From positions 6,074 to 70,073 of IMG/VR virus record IMGVR_UViG_3300003320_000653: a DNA stretch of 64,000 nt; one strand, 5' to 3'. Every line of letters starts with the position of its first letter. The stretch's first letter is position 1. This document shows, one piece after another, positions 35,764 to 44,386 of the stretch. The notes below the pieces were generated by a model. The model was not told where the DNA came from and did no database searches. It saw only the letters and a list, made by a program, of their open reading frames with translations. This DNA is from a virus (taxonomy: Duplodnaviria; Caudoviricetes). A program made the position numbers and the translations under genes.

Positions 35764-36720
35764 ATGGCAAATGATGTCCAGTTTCTGCGCAAGGCCTCGC
35801 TCCTTGTCGTCGAGGGCGAGAAAGCCCTCGATCTTAGCGAGATGCATTTCACCTTCGAGACCAAACAGGCAGACGAGGAGAGTCCGAACAACTGCGCCAT
35901 CCGCATCTTCAATTTGAGCGCAGACACGGTCAAGCGTATCAAGGGCGAGTACAGCAAGGTAGTCCTACAGGCGGGATACGTCGGCGCAGCCTTTGGCGTG
36001 ATCTTCGAGGGGACTATCAAGCAATTCCGTGAGGGCAAGGATCCTGACGGCGCCAACTCCTTCCTCGACATTCTTGCCGCTGATGGCGACATCGCCTACA
36101 ACTTCGCTTTGGTCAACACAAGCCTGGCGGCTGGATCCTCGGCTGAGCAGCGAGTCCAAGCTGCTATTGGTGCCATGAAGACTCACGGCGTGGAAAGTGG
36201 CAAGGTCATCATTCCAGGCACCGGTGGCGTCCTGCCTAGGGGAAAGGTCCTCTTTGGTCTGGCTCGCGCCGCTCTGCGTCAGGAGACCGCGGCGCAGGGG
36301 ACGACGTGGAATATCAACAATGGGCAGGTCAACGTCATTCCCCTGGATGGATACCTGCCTAGCGAAGCCGTCGTACTGACTTCGGCAACGGGACTTATCG
36401 GTCGCATCGAGCAGACAGAGCAGGGCATGAACTGTCGGGCGCTCATCAATCCCAAGCTCATCATCGGTGGCCTCGTGAAGATCGACAACAAGAGCATCAA
36501 CACGACCAGCCAGGCGCCCAACGCTCAACTCGAGGGGGGCTCTCAGGTGCCCTACAACAAATGGGCAGGCATCCAGCAATTCGCCAGTCTCAGTGAGGAC
36601 GGTCTCTACCGCATCTATGTGGCGGAGTTCGTTGGCGACACCCGCGGTCCTAACTGGTATGTCGATCTCATCTGCCTGAGCGTCGATCCCGTAACCAAGA
36701 AGGTGGATCCCTATGGATAG
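35764..36720 (+). CDS. baseplate hub protein
   Basis: IRIFNLS, LQAGY, IFEG.IKQ, D...AADGD, TGLIGR.EQT..G. Confidence 0.8.
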   Translation: MANDVQFLRKASLLVVEGEKALDLSEMHFTFETKQADEESPNNCAIRIFNLSADTVKRIKGEYSKVVLQAGYVGAAFGVIFEGTIKQFREGKDPDGANSFLDILAADGDIAYNFALVNTSLAAGSSAEQRVQAAIGAMKTHGVESGKVIIPGTGGVLPRGKVLFGLARAALRQETAAQGTTWNINNGQVNVIPLDGYLPSEAVVLTSATGLIGRIEQTEQGMNCRALINPKLIIGGLVKIDNKSINTTSQAPNAQLEGGSQVPYNKWAGIQQFASLSEDGLYRIYVAEFVGDTRGPNWYVDLICLSVDPVTKKVDPYG

Positions 36721-37570
36721 AAGAGAAAGAGCGGGTGACCCCCAGGCCGCCCTCCTCGCAGCCTTCAAGGGCATGCAAAGCGAGATCTACACGGCATTGC
36801 CTTGTCTCATCCAGAGCTTCGATCCGGCTAAGCGAACGGTAACGGCTCAGCCGACGATCCAAGCCCAGGCACAGAACCCTGATGGGAGTTTCAAGTGGGT
36901 TAGCTTGCCCATCCTTCCAGATGTGCCAGTCTACTTTCCTGAAGGGGGCGGCGTCACGCTGACCTTTCCCATCAAGAAAGGAGATGAGGCTCTGGTCGTC
37001 ATTGCGAACAGATGCATCGACGCATGGTGGCAGAGTGGCGGTATCCAGGTGCAGGCCGATATCCGCATGCATGATCTCAGCGATGGCTTTGCATTCGTGG
37101 GTATCTCTTCTGTGCCCCGCGTCATCTCGGCAATCAGCACAACGAGGGCCCAGCTCCGCAGCAACGATGGCCAGGCCTTTGTGGAGCTGGATCCTTCCTC
37201 GCACTTCATCAGGGCGCGGACGACTGGAGGCATCACGCTTGACGCTGATAGTGACATCCTCATCAAGTCGGGAACGCGTATCGATCTGCAGGCGCCGACC
37301 GTTCAGAATACGGCCACGGTCGCCTTCGGAGCCACGGCGCCCATCATCACTTTCTTCGGTAACATGAGCTGGTTTGGCGTGGGTGGCGGCGCGGGCACCG
37401 TGGGCGTCAACAACATGACGGTGAATTGGAGCAACTCGCTCCTCAACCTCAGCAACACGAGCATTGCTGCCACGGGTGGCTCGATCGTCCATAACAGCAA
37501 GAACATCGGCAGTACGCACACGCATAGCGGAGTCACGACCGGCGGTGGCACCAGCGGACCGCCGACTTAA
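36713..37570 (+). CDS. baseplate spike (Gp138-like)
   Basis: LP.LPDVPV.FP.GGG...TFPIK.GDE, RCIDAWWQSG, RMHDLSDG, HTHSGV..GG..SG apex. Confidence 0.85.
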   Translation: MDRRERAGDPQAALLAAFKGMQSEIYTALPCLIQSFDPAKRTVTAQPTIQAQAQNPDGSFKWVSLPILPDVPVYFPEGGGVTLTFPIKKGDEALVVIANRCIDAWWQSGGIQVQADIRMHDLSDGFAFVGISSVPRVISAISTTRAQLRSNDGQAFVELDPSSHFIRARTTGGITLDADSDILIKSGTRIDLQAPTVQNTATVAFGATAPIITFFGNMSWFGVGGGAGTVGVNNMTVNWSNSLLNLSNTSIAATGGSIVHNSKNIGSTHTHSGVTTGGGTSGPPT

Positions 37571-37583
37571 AGGAGCAGCTCCA

Positions 37584-37949
37584 ATGAGATACAGAGCCTT
37601 GGACGCGAACGGCGACTACCAGTTCATGGGAACGTCGCCTTTCCTTATCAATACGCCGGAAGCCGTGGCGCAGGCGGTCCTCACTCGCCTGCGTCTGATG
37701 ACCAACGAGTGGTTTCTCAACAGCAAGGAAGGCCTTGCTAAGGAGCGGATCCTCGGCTACGGCACGGCAATGACCAGAGACCTCGCTATAAAGCGCCGCA
37801 TCCTTGATACCGCGGCCCCCGACGGTACGGCCTTGGTGACCCGGCTGCGCAAGTATTACAGCACCGTGGAGAACCGGAACTTTAAGGTGGTGGCGAGCAT
37901 CGACACCATCTACGGCCCCGCCAACATCAACCTCAATGAGATCTTGTAG
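37584..37949 (+). CDS. baseplate wedge subunit
   Basis: MRYRALD.NGDY, AVAQAV.TRL.L...EWFL, IDTIYG. Confidence 0.8.
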   Translation: MRYRALDANGDYQFMGTSPFLINTPEAVAQAVLTRLRLMTNEWFLNSKEGLAKERILGYGTAMTRDLAIKRRILDTAAPDGTALVTRLRKYYSTVENRNFKVVASIDTIYGPANINLNEIL

Positions 37950-37951
37950 CC

Positions 37952-39139
37952 ATGCCCACCTATCCGCTGCCAACACTTGCGGCGACGGTCGATGCTAACG
38001 GCATCAGCGCGCCGCCCTTCTCCGACATCTACCAGAGCCTTCAAGCCAGCGTACAGGCAATTTATGGCGCCGACACCTACATTGCACCAGACAGCCAGGA
38101 CGGACAGCTCCTCGCTGTCTTCGGTCAGGCCATCAGCGACTGTAATGATGCAGGCAAGAACATCTATCGGAGCTTTTCGCCTTCGACGGCCCAGACGGAT
38201 GCTCTGAGCAGCAATGTCAAGATCAATGGCATAGCCCGCGCCGTGGCAACCTACAGCTCGGCAACGGTCCGCGTGGTCGGCGTCATCGGCACGACGATCA
38301 CCAACGGCATCGTGGCCGACACGTTGCAGCGCCGTTGGTTGCTTCCCGCCAGCGTGGTGATCCCGCCCGCAGGTTACATCGACGTCACGGCTCAGGCTGA
38401 GAATCCGGGTAACCTCACGGCAGACATTGGCAGCATCAACCAGATCGTGACCAACACTCTGGGCTGGCAAGCCGTGACCAACACGACGACGGCTAGCCCC
38501 GGCGCTCCCATTGAGACGGATGCCGCCCTCCGCAGACGCCAGACCTATTCAACGGCGCTGCCATCGCGTACCGTCATTGATGGCATCACCGGAGCCATCG
38601 CCGCAATCTCGGGCGTCACCCAGGTCGTTGTTTACGAAAATGACACGGACGTGGTTGACGCGAACGGACAGCCAGCCCACAGCATCGCCGCCGTCGTCAT
38701 TGGTGGCGATGCCACAGCGATTGCCACGGCCTTGGCGGTCAAGAAGACGCCGGGAGCCTACACGCATGGCTCGACAGCGGTGACCATCACGGGGGCCAAT
38801 GGGCTGCCCTCCATCATTCGCTTTGCCTATGCGACGGCAACGCCTCTTTCCATCAACATCACCGTGAAGGCTTTGCCAGGCTATACGACGAGCGTCGGCG
38901 ATCAGATCAAAGCAGCCCTGGTGACATACATCAACAACCTCGGCATCGGCAAGCGGAGCGATATCGGCAAGCTTTATCTACCCGCGCAGTTCTACGGAGG
39001 TCCACCCAGTGACAAGTTTGAGGTTGATGTGCTCCAGCAAGCCATCAAGCCAGCGGTTCCTAGCGCCGCTGACCTCATCATTCCCTACAACGCTTGGGCC
39101 ACGCTGACGACGGCCGACATTAACCTAACGGTGACCTGA
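37952..39139 (+). CDS. baseplate J-like protein
   Basis: IYG.D.YI.PDSQDGQ, FSP.TA, NGI.R, ETDA.LR.RQ, ENDT...D.NG.P.HSI..VV.GG. Confidence 0.9.
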   Translation: MPTYPLPTLAATVDANGISAPPFSDIYQSLQASVQAIYGADTYIAPDSQDGQLLAVFGQAISDCNDAGKNIYRSFSPSTAQTDALSSNVKINGIARAVATYSSATVRVVGVIGTTITNGIVADTLQRRWLLPASVVIPPAGYIDVTAQAENPGNLTADIGSINQIVTNTLGWQAVTNTTTASPGAPIETDAALRRRQTYSTALPSRTVIDGITGAIAAISGVTQVVVYENDTDVVDANGQPAHSIAAVVIGGDATAIATALAVKKTPGAYTHGSTAVTITGANGLPSIIRFAYATATPLSINITVKALPGYTTSVGDQIKAALVTYINNLGIGKRSDIGKLYLPAQFYGGPPSDKFEVDVLQQAIKPAVPSAADLIIPYNAWATLTTADINLTVT

Positions 39140-39810
39140 TGAAAACGATTGATGACTACCTGGCGCTAATCACGGATGAGCACAGGGATAAGCCGCTCTT
39201 CATGGCTATGGTGACGCTGCTCATTCAGCCGCTTATTGATATCGCCAATCAATATCGGCAGCTTGTCTTGGACTTCGACCTCGATGATGCTGTGGGAGTT
39301 CAGCTCGACGCCGTCGGAGAGTGGGTTGGGCTCAGTCGGATCCTTGCCATTCCCCTCACCGGGATCTACTTCAGTTGGGACGACACGGCTTTGACGGGTT
39401 GGGACTCTGGATCATGGCAGGGAGATTTTGACCCCACAACAGGCTTGACCTCTCTTCCCGACGACGAGTATCGGCGCCTCCTCAAAGCCAAGATCGCTGC
39501 CAACCATTGGGACGGCTCCATGGAAGGAGCGCAGGCCATCTGGAATCAAGTCTTTGCCGGGCAGCAGACCATCATCGTTCAGGACAACCAGGACATGACG
39601 ATGACTATCGGGTTCGTCGGCGCCCCGCTAACGGCCATTCAACAGGCGCTCTTGACTGGAGGCTATTTCCCGCTCAAGCCTGGCGGCGTTCGTATCCGTT
39701 ACTACGCAGTGCCGGTCAATCCTGGGCCTCTCTTCGCCTGGGATGCCAACAGCCCCCAACTTCAGGGCTGGGACACAGGGTCCTGGTCGCAAGAAATCGT
39801 TCCCTCATAA
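39139..39810 (+). CDS. baseplate wedge protein (DUF2612)
   Basis: FDLD.AVG.QLD.VG.WVG.SR, L.DD.YR..LKAKI..NHWDGS, DNQDMTM, PLKP.GV. Confidence 0.88.
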   Translation: MKTIDDYLALITDEHRDKPLFMAMVTLLIQPLIDIANQYRQLVLDFDLDDAVGVQLDAVGEWVGLSRILAIPLTGIYFSWDDTALTGWDSGSWQGDFDPTTGLTSLPDDEYRRLLKAKIAANHWDGSMEGAQAIWNQVFAGQQTIIVQDNQDMTMTIGFVGAPLTAIQQALLTGGYFPLKPGGVRIRYYAVPVNPGPLFAWDANSPQLQGWDTGSWSQEIVPS

Positions 39811-39823
39811 GGAGAATTTGAAA

Positions 39824-40750
39824 GTGGCAACTACCTCTATCCTGCAGTTCTCGCCGAATGATATCGGCACGAATCTGCTCACCGATGCCGCCTACCTGGC
39901 GGCCAGTGATCGAAGCAACGGCAACCAGCCTGGCGTAGCTTCTGCCAAGCTCAACAACAAGGCACTGCGCCAGGCGACGCTGATGGCGGCCGGCCTGGCG
40001 CAGTATCTCGCTGACCAGCAGGCGACCAATGTGGTGGACACTCTTACGCCGGCGCAGATCTCGGCCATGCTCAAGGCTGGCATCAAGGGCGTCTTGTTGA
40101 ACATCCAGACCTTCGCCTCAGGCGCCACCGTCTACACGCCGACGGCGGGCACGCGGATGATCGAGGTCGAAATGGTTGGCGGCGGCGCGGCCGGTGCCGG
40201 CACTCCAGCTGTCGCCGGTGGCTCGTCAATTGCCTTCGGCGGCGGTGGATCGGCAGGCTCCTACGCGCGAGGGCTTTTCTTCTCGGGATTCTCGGGCGTT
40301 ACTGTCACCGTCGGTACGGGCGGCGTTGGCGTTGCCAACAGCGCAGGCGGGGCCGGGGGCACCAGCTCCCTGGGCGCACTGATGACGGCTCCTGGGGGCG
40401 TTATCGGAACGGTTGCCCCAGTGCTGACTCCAGGCACTACGCCAACCTTCAGTGGAGGCACCGGGGCACCGGGCGTCCCAACGGGCGCGAATCTCATTGC
40501 TTCTCGCGGCGGCTACGGAACCTATGGCATTTTCCTCTCAGGACCAACTAGCTACGCAACGGGCCCCGGTGGCTCCTCGGCTTTCGGCGCCGGCGCTCCC
40601 CCAGTTGTCGGCGGCGGAGGCCCCACACCAGGCCTTGCCGCACAATCACCTGGAGCCGGGGGCAGCGGCGCCCTTACAACTGGTGGCGGCACTGCCCAAG
40701 CGGGCGGTAACGGCGCCAATGGACTCGTCATCATTCGGGAGTACGCATGA
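39824..40750 (+). CDS. tail fibre with glycine-rich domain
   Basis: GVAS.KLNNKALRQAT..AA.LAQ baseplate-binding N-terminus; YTP..GT..IEVEMVGGG...GGGG.AG.Y Gly-rich domain. Confidence 0.8.
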   Translation: MATTSILQFSPNDIGTNLLTDAAYLAASDRSNGNQPGVASAKLNNKALRQATLMAAGLAQYLADQQATNVVDTLTPAQISAMLKAGIKGVLLNIQTFASGATVYTPTAGTRMIEVEMVGGGAAGAGTPAVAGGSSIAFGGGGSAGSYARGLFFSGFSGVTVTVGTGGVGVANSAGGAGGTSSLGALMTAPGGVIGTVAPVLTPGTTPTFSGGTGAPGVPTGANLIASRGGYGTYGIFLSGPTSYATGPGGSSAFGAGAPPVVGGGGPTPGLAAQSPGAGGSGALTTGGGTAQAGGNGANGLVIIREYA

Positions 40751-41274
40751 AAACTTACGCACGCCTTGACGCCAATGTCGTCGTCGAAATCATCCCTCCT
40801 TTTGCGACCACAGAAGAAATGCGGCCGCCTGCTCCTCAGCCGCTTCCCGAGGACGCCAGCGAAGAAGATCGCCAGCGCTTCGCAGAGCAACAAGAGGCGC
40901 ATGATTCTTTTTACGTGGGCGAGGTCCCGATTTCCGAAAGGTTTCACCCGGATTTCGTGGCAACGCTCGTGGAGATCCCAGCCGGGGTCGAAGTGCAGGA
41001 GGGTTACGTCTACGATAACGGGCAATTCTCGGCACCGCCTCCGTATGTGCCGCCGCCCATGTCCGCTGCGGAAGTCAAAGCCCTGCGTAATGCGCTGCTG
41101 ACGACTGCCAATCTTCGCAAGGGGGCACTGCAAGACGCTGTGGATATTGGCGAGGCCACGCCGGAGGAAGAAGCACTCCTCGTCAAGTACAAGCAGTACA
41201 CGACCAAGCTCACCCGCATCGAACAGCAACCCGGCTTTCCAGCGAGCATTGACTGGCCCGTCGCACCGGAGTAA
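40747..41274 (+). CDS. tail fibre assembly chaperone (Tfa-like)
   Basis: YARL...VVVEII; C-terminal LQDAVD.GEAT.EE..LL..YK.Y...L.R...IDWPVAPE. Confidence 0.85.
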   Translation: MKTYARLDANVVVEIIPPFATTEEMRPPAPQPLPEDASEEDRQRFAEQQEAHDSFYVGEVPISERFHPDFVATLVEIPAGVEVQEGYVYDNGQFSAPPPYVPPPMSAAEVKALRNALLTTANLRKGALQDAVDIGEATPEEEALLVKYKQYTTKLTRIEQQPGFPASIDWPVAPE

Positions 41275-41279
41275 ACGCC

Positions 41280-41819
41280 ATGACCATCCATCCTTCTCGT
41301 CTGGTGGAGCTTCTTGGCACCAGCAAAGCGGCGCGTTTGGGCGATGATAAGGTGGAGGTTCGCAGCCTCTCCTTCATCGTCTTTGCACTCTTCTTCTACC
41401 AGCTCGCTGAGCCTGGGTTTTATGTGGCTTTCATCCCCGACAGCCTCTTCTATCGAGTGGCCGCCATCGGCCATCTCAACGCCCTCATTGGTGCCGCGTT
41501 CTTCCTGGTGGCTGCGCTTATCCTGCCGCACCTCGTGGCGCTGATCTTCTTTCCGCAGAAACTGGCGAAGAAGCTACCACGTAAGCTGGCGGCCTGCGCG
41601 GCTATAGGAGGTGCGTTCATCTGGGGGTTTCTGGGCTATAGAGCCTGGCCCTTGGACTACGATTGGCTGAGCGCGCTGTGCCTCTGCAGAGCATTCTTCG
41701 ACCTGTGGTTAGGAGTGCAGCTAGGCATTAGCGTCAACGCCCAGCAGGCGCGCGAGGCCTACGAGGCGGCGCAAGCCAAGGCAAGACAAGAGGTGGAATT
41801 GGAAGGGGGACCGGCATGA
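41280..41819 (+). CDS. multi-TM membrane protein of lysis cassette (holin/antiholin candidate)
   Basis: About 4 hydrophobic helices; upstream of endolysin. Confidence 0.6.
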   Translation: MTIHPSRLVELLGTSKAARLGDDKVEVRSLSFIVFALFFYQLAEPGFYVAFIPDSLFYRVAAIGHLNALIGAAFFLVAALILPHLVALIFFPQKLAKKLPRKLAACAAIGGAFIWGFLGYRAWPLDYDWLSALCLCRAFFDLWLGVQLGISVNAQQAREAYEAAQAKARQEVELEGGPA

Positions 41820-42325
41820 AAGGCTTTTTCGTAACGCCTAAGATGGCAAGGCGCATGCTGTTTGCCTGGGTGGCTTGCTTCACCTTGCTGGTCAGGGCCT
41901 ATGCGGCTCCGGCAACGCTGAGCGAGCAGCTCCAGGTCTACGACTATAGCAGCGTGATGTGGGCGGCCGTGTTTGGTCTCATGGGGGGCATCGGCCGCAG
42001 CATCATCGGCTTGCTTAGTGAGAACGGAGTCGTGCTCTTCGTCTGGAAGGCGCTCATCCGCGATCTCGTCTTTGCCCTTATCGGAGGCGCTTTCATCTAC
42101 ATTGTCTTCCTATGGCTTCAGGTCCTGTCACCTAGCATCTTTGTCAACGAGCTGCGCATCATCGTCATCTTCGTTGTGGGGGCATCGCGTGGCAAGTGGT
42201 ATGACGCCGTAGCGGATCTGACCGTCGTGGTGTTCAAGCGCTGGAAGGCCAAGTTCACCGGGGAGCCGGAACCCGAGGTGCCGCCAGCCCCGACGACGGT
42301 GGCGGCGAACCTCGACAAGCAGTAA
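41816..42325 (+). CDS. holin candidate
   Basis: 3-4 TM helices, charged C-terminal tail, immediately upstream of endolysin. Confidence 0.6.
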   Translation: MKGFFVTPKMARRMLFAWVACFTLLVRAYAAPATLSEQLQVYDYSSVMWAAVFGLMGGIGRSIIGLLSENGVVLFVWKALIRDLVFALIGGAFIYIVFLWLQVLSPSIFVNELRIIVIFVVGASRGKWYDAVADLTVVVFKRWKAKFTGEPEPEVPPAPTTVAANLDKQ

Positions 42326-42334
42326 GGAGTCATC

Positions 42335-42976
42335 ATGCATTTCCCGAAGACCACTCAGGACTGGGAGGCCGTCTTGCGCGCCGCCGGTGTTCGCATCACC
42401 ACAGCCGCAGTATGGGCTCCGATTTTCATGGCAACTGTCACGGAGAAGTCCTTCAGCAAGGGCGCCGAAGAGCTGCCCGATTTCCTCAGCACTATCCTCC
42501 ACGAGTGCGGTATGCTGGAGCGCCTCAAGGAGAGCGGCATGTACAGCGCCGCGCGTATCCGCGAGATCGGCAACAGCCAACCCGTGGGCTCGCGCTGGCG
42601 CTCGTTAGTGCCGCGTGCCGACAGCCTCGCCTACAACGAGGCCGCTTTTTTCGAGGCGGTCTACGGCGGCAGGCTTGGCAACGATCAGCCCGGTGACGGC
42701 GCCAAGTATCCGGGGCGCGGCCTCATCATGCTCACGGGCAAGGACAGCTACATCTGGCAGGGCAATCGCAGCGGCCAGGATCTCGTGGGCGTTCCAGATC
42801 TCGCCGCCCAGCCCTACTTCGCCCTGGGCTTCGCCATCGACTATTGGGAGGGCCGCGTGCCCGATGCCATCATTGGCGAGGCCCGCGCCATCCGCAAGGT
42901 CATCAACGGCGGCCTCATCGGCCTCGATGATGTCGTGACCATCAAGGCGCGCGTAACGCGGGCTTTGGGGGCCTAG
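42335..42976 (+). CDS. endolysin, glycoside hydrolase family 19
   Basis: LHECG.L..L.ES, YGGRLGN..PGDG.KY.GRGLI.LTGK..Y, INGG..GL. Confidence 0.9.
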   Translation: MHFPKTTQDWEAVLRAAGVRITTAAVWAPIFMATVTEKSFSKGAEELPDFLSTILHECGMLERLKESGMYSAARIREIGNSQPVGSRWRSLVPRADSLAYNEAAFFEAVYGGRLGNDQPGDGAKYPGRGLIMLTGKDSYIWQGNRSGQDLVGVPDLAAQPYFALGFAIDYWEGRVPDAIIGEARAIRKVINGGLIGLDDVVTIKARVTRALGA

Positions 42977-42977
42977 C

Positions 42978-43502
42978 ATGCCCAGCCTCAGCCTGTTCAA
43001 TCCCTGGGTGCTCTTGGGCGCCCTGGTGGCCGCTGTGGGCATCTTCTTCGCCGGCGATCGCCATGGCCTCAGCGCTGGCCACCTGGAGATCCAGGCCAAG
43101 TGGGATGCCGCTGAGAAGCAGCGCGCCTGGGAAAGCCAGCGCAACGTCGAGCGGGTGCGGGAGGCCGAGGGCGGCCTGCAGGATCGCGCCAATCAGGAAA
43201 GGAAAGCCAATGAAAGCCTTGTCGCTAGTCTCAATGCTCGCGTTGAGCAGCTTACTGGCGAGCTGCGCAAGCGGCCCAGCCGTCCCGCCCAGCCGGCAAC
43301 TAGTGGTGCCCAGGCTCCCGGATCTGGAGCCGAAGGTAGCACCGGACTGGGACTCTATCGGGAGGATGGATTGTTTCTTGTCGGGGAAGCTGCCACCGGG
43401 AAGCGAATCCAGTTGCAGCGAGACGCCTGCTATCGCGCCTACGAAGCCGCCCAGGCCGAACTAGCTAGACTGGGCGCTTCTCTTGCGCCTTCCGCACCCT
43501 GA
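42978..43502 (+). CDS. i-spanin (Rz-like)
   Basis: N-terminal TM followed by coiled coil; after endolysin. Confidence 0.8.
   Translation: MPSLSLFNPWVLLGALVAAVGIFFAGDRHGLSAGHLEIQAKWDAAEKQRAWESQRNVERVREAEGGLQDRANQERKANESLVASLNARVEQLTGELRKRPSRPAQPATSGAQAPGSGAEGSTGLGLYREDGLFLVGEAATGKRIQLQRDACYRAYEAAQAELARLGASLAPSAP
43210..43464 (+). CDS. o-spanin lipoprotein (Rz1-like), embedded in i-spanin
   Basis: MKALSLVSMLALSSLLASC lipobox, Pro-rich mature part, alternate frame inside Rz. Confidence 0.8.
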   Translation: MKALSLVSMLALSSLLASCASGPAVPPSRQLVVPRLPDLEPKVAPDWDSIGRMDCFLSGKLPPGSESSCSETPAIAPTKPPRPN

Positions 43503-43695
43503 GGCGCTGGTAATAGGCTTCCCGCATGCCTTCGGCTTCATCCGTGTTGTTGAGGCGGAAGGCGTGCTCATGGGCCTTCGTGATGCGGTCCCGGTCTGCC
43601 TGGCGGATGTAACGCCATGGGATGGCCTCGCGCTGGACGCGCCAAAAGCCGTCCTTGAAATAGATCAAGGGCTTGAAGAGCGCAGCCTTGGTCAT
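43465..43695 (-). CDS. hypothetical protein
   Basis: 76 aa from MTKAALFK, coupled to upstream ORF. Confidence 0.6.
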   Translation of the reverse strand: MTKAALFKPLIYFKDGFWRVQREAIPWRYIRQADRDRITKAHEHAFRLNNTDEAEGMREAYYQRLRVRKAQEKRPV

Positions 43696-43892
43696 GGCTT
43701 TTCCTTGCAAGAAATTCGCCTGCTTTCAGTCCTCTCCCGCAAGTTCTTGTTCCATCCAGGGTAAAGCCGCTCCATGTGGGCACTTACCTCACGAACGCTG
43801 TCGCGCATATGCTTGCGGTCAAGCCAGTGCCACCACCAGATGATTCCGCCGAAGACTGCAGCCGTGATAAGCACGATAAGCCAGCCAGTCAT
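43692..43892 (-). CDS. small N-terminal TM protein
   Basis: WLIVLITAAVFGGIIWWWHW. Confidence 0.6.
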   Translation of the reverse strand: MTGWLIVLITAAVFGGIIWWWHWLDRKHMRDSVREVSAHMERLYPGWNKNLRERTESRRISCKEKP

Positions 43893-44359
43893 TCCAGAAC
43901 CTCGCGAAAGCGTTTGCGGCCGAGGGCGAGGAACGCCTCAGCTCCAGGGACGACGTACGAGTAGCCCAGAGGCCAAGGCTTGACGAGGCCCCGAAAGAGG
44001 GTCTGCGGGCCATGCGTCTCGTGAGTGCCAAGGAACTTCAATCCGCCTTCTGGTCGGCGCTCATACCAGAAGCCGCCGCCCGTGACGGGGTCATCGCTGC
44101 GCTCGAACCACAGGCGCTGATATTCGTCCGTGTTTAGGATGCGCGTATCCCACCAGCCAGTGCAAGGCGGGCACTTGTTGAGGAACCACTCTGTATAGCC
44201 GACGGCCGCCTCCTCGGGGTCGTCGACTTGCTCTCTTTGCACCAAGCGGATCCTTCCGCGTCGTGCTCGGCCAACAGCCTCGCTCTTCGGAGCCGCAGGG
44301 CTGTCCTCGGCCAAAGCCACCCGCGCTCTGCGGATTGGCAACTCCATCTGTTCGCTCAT
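43889..44359 (-). CDS. hypothetical protein
   Basis: 156 aa, AGGAAG RBS. Confidence 0.7.
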   Translation of the reverse strand: MSEQMELPIRRARVALAEDSPAAPKSEAVGRARRGRIRLVQREQVDDPEEAAVGYTEWFLNKCPPCTGWWDTRILNTDEYQRLWFERSDDPVTGGGFWYERRPEGGLKFLGTHETHGPQTLFRGLVKPWPLGYSYVVPGAEAFLALGRKRFREVLE

Positions 44360-44386
44360 GGTCTTCCTTTCTGGTTAAGCGCCTAT

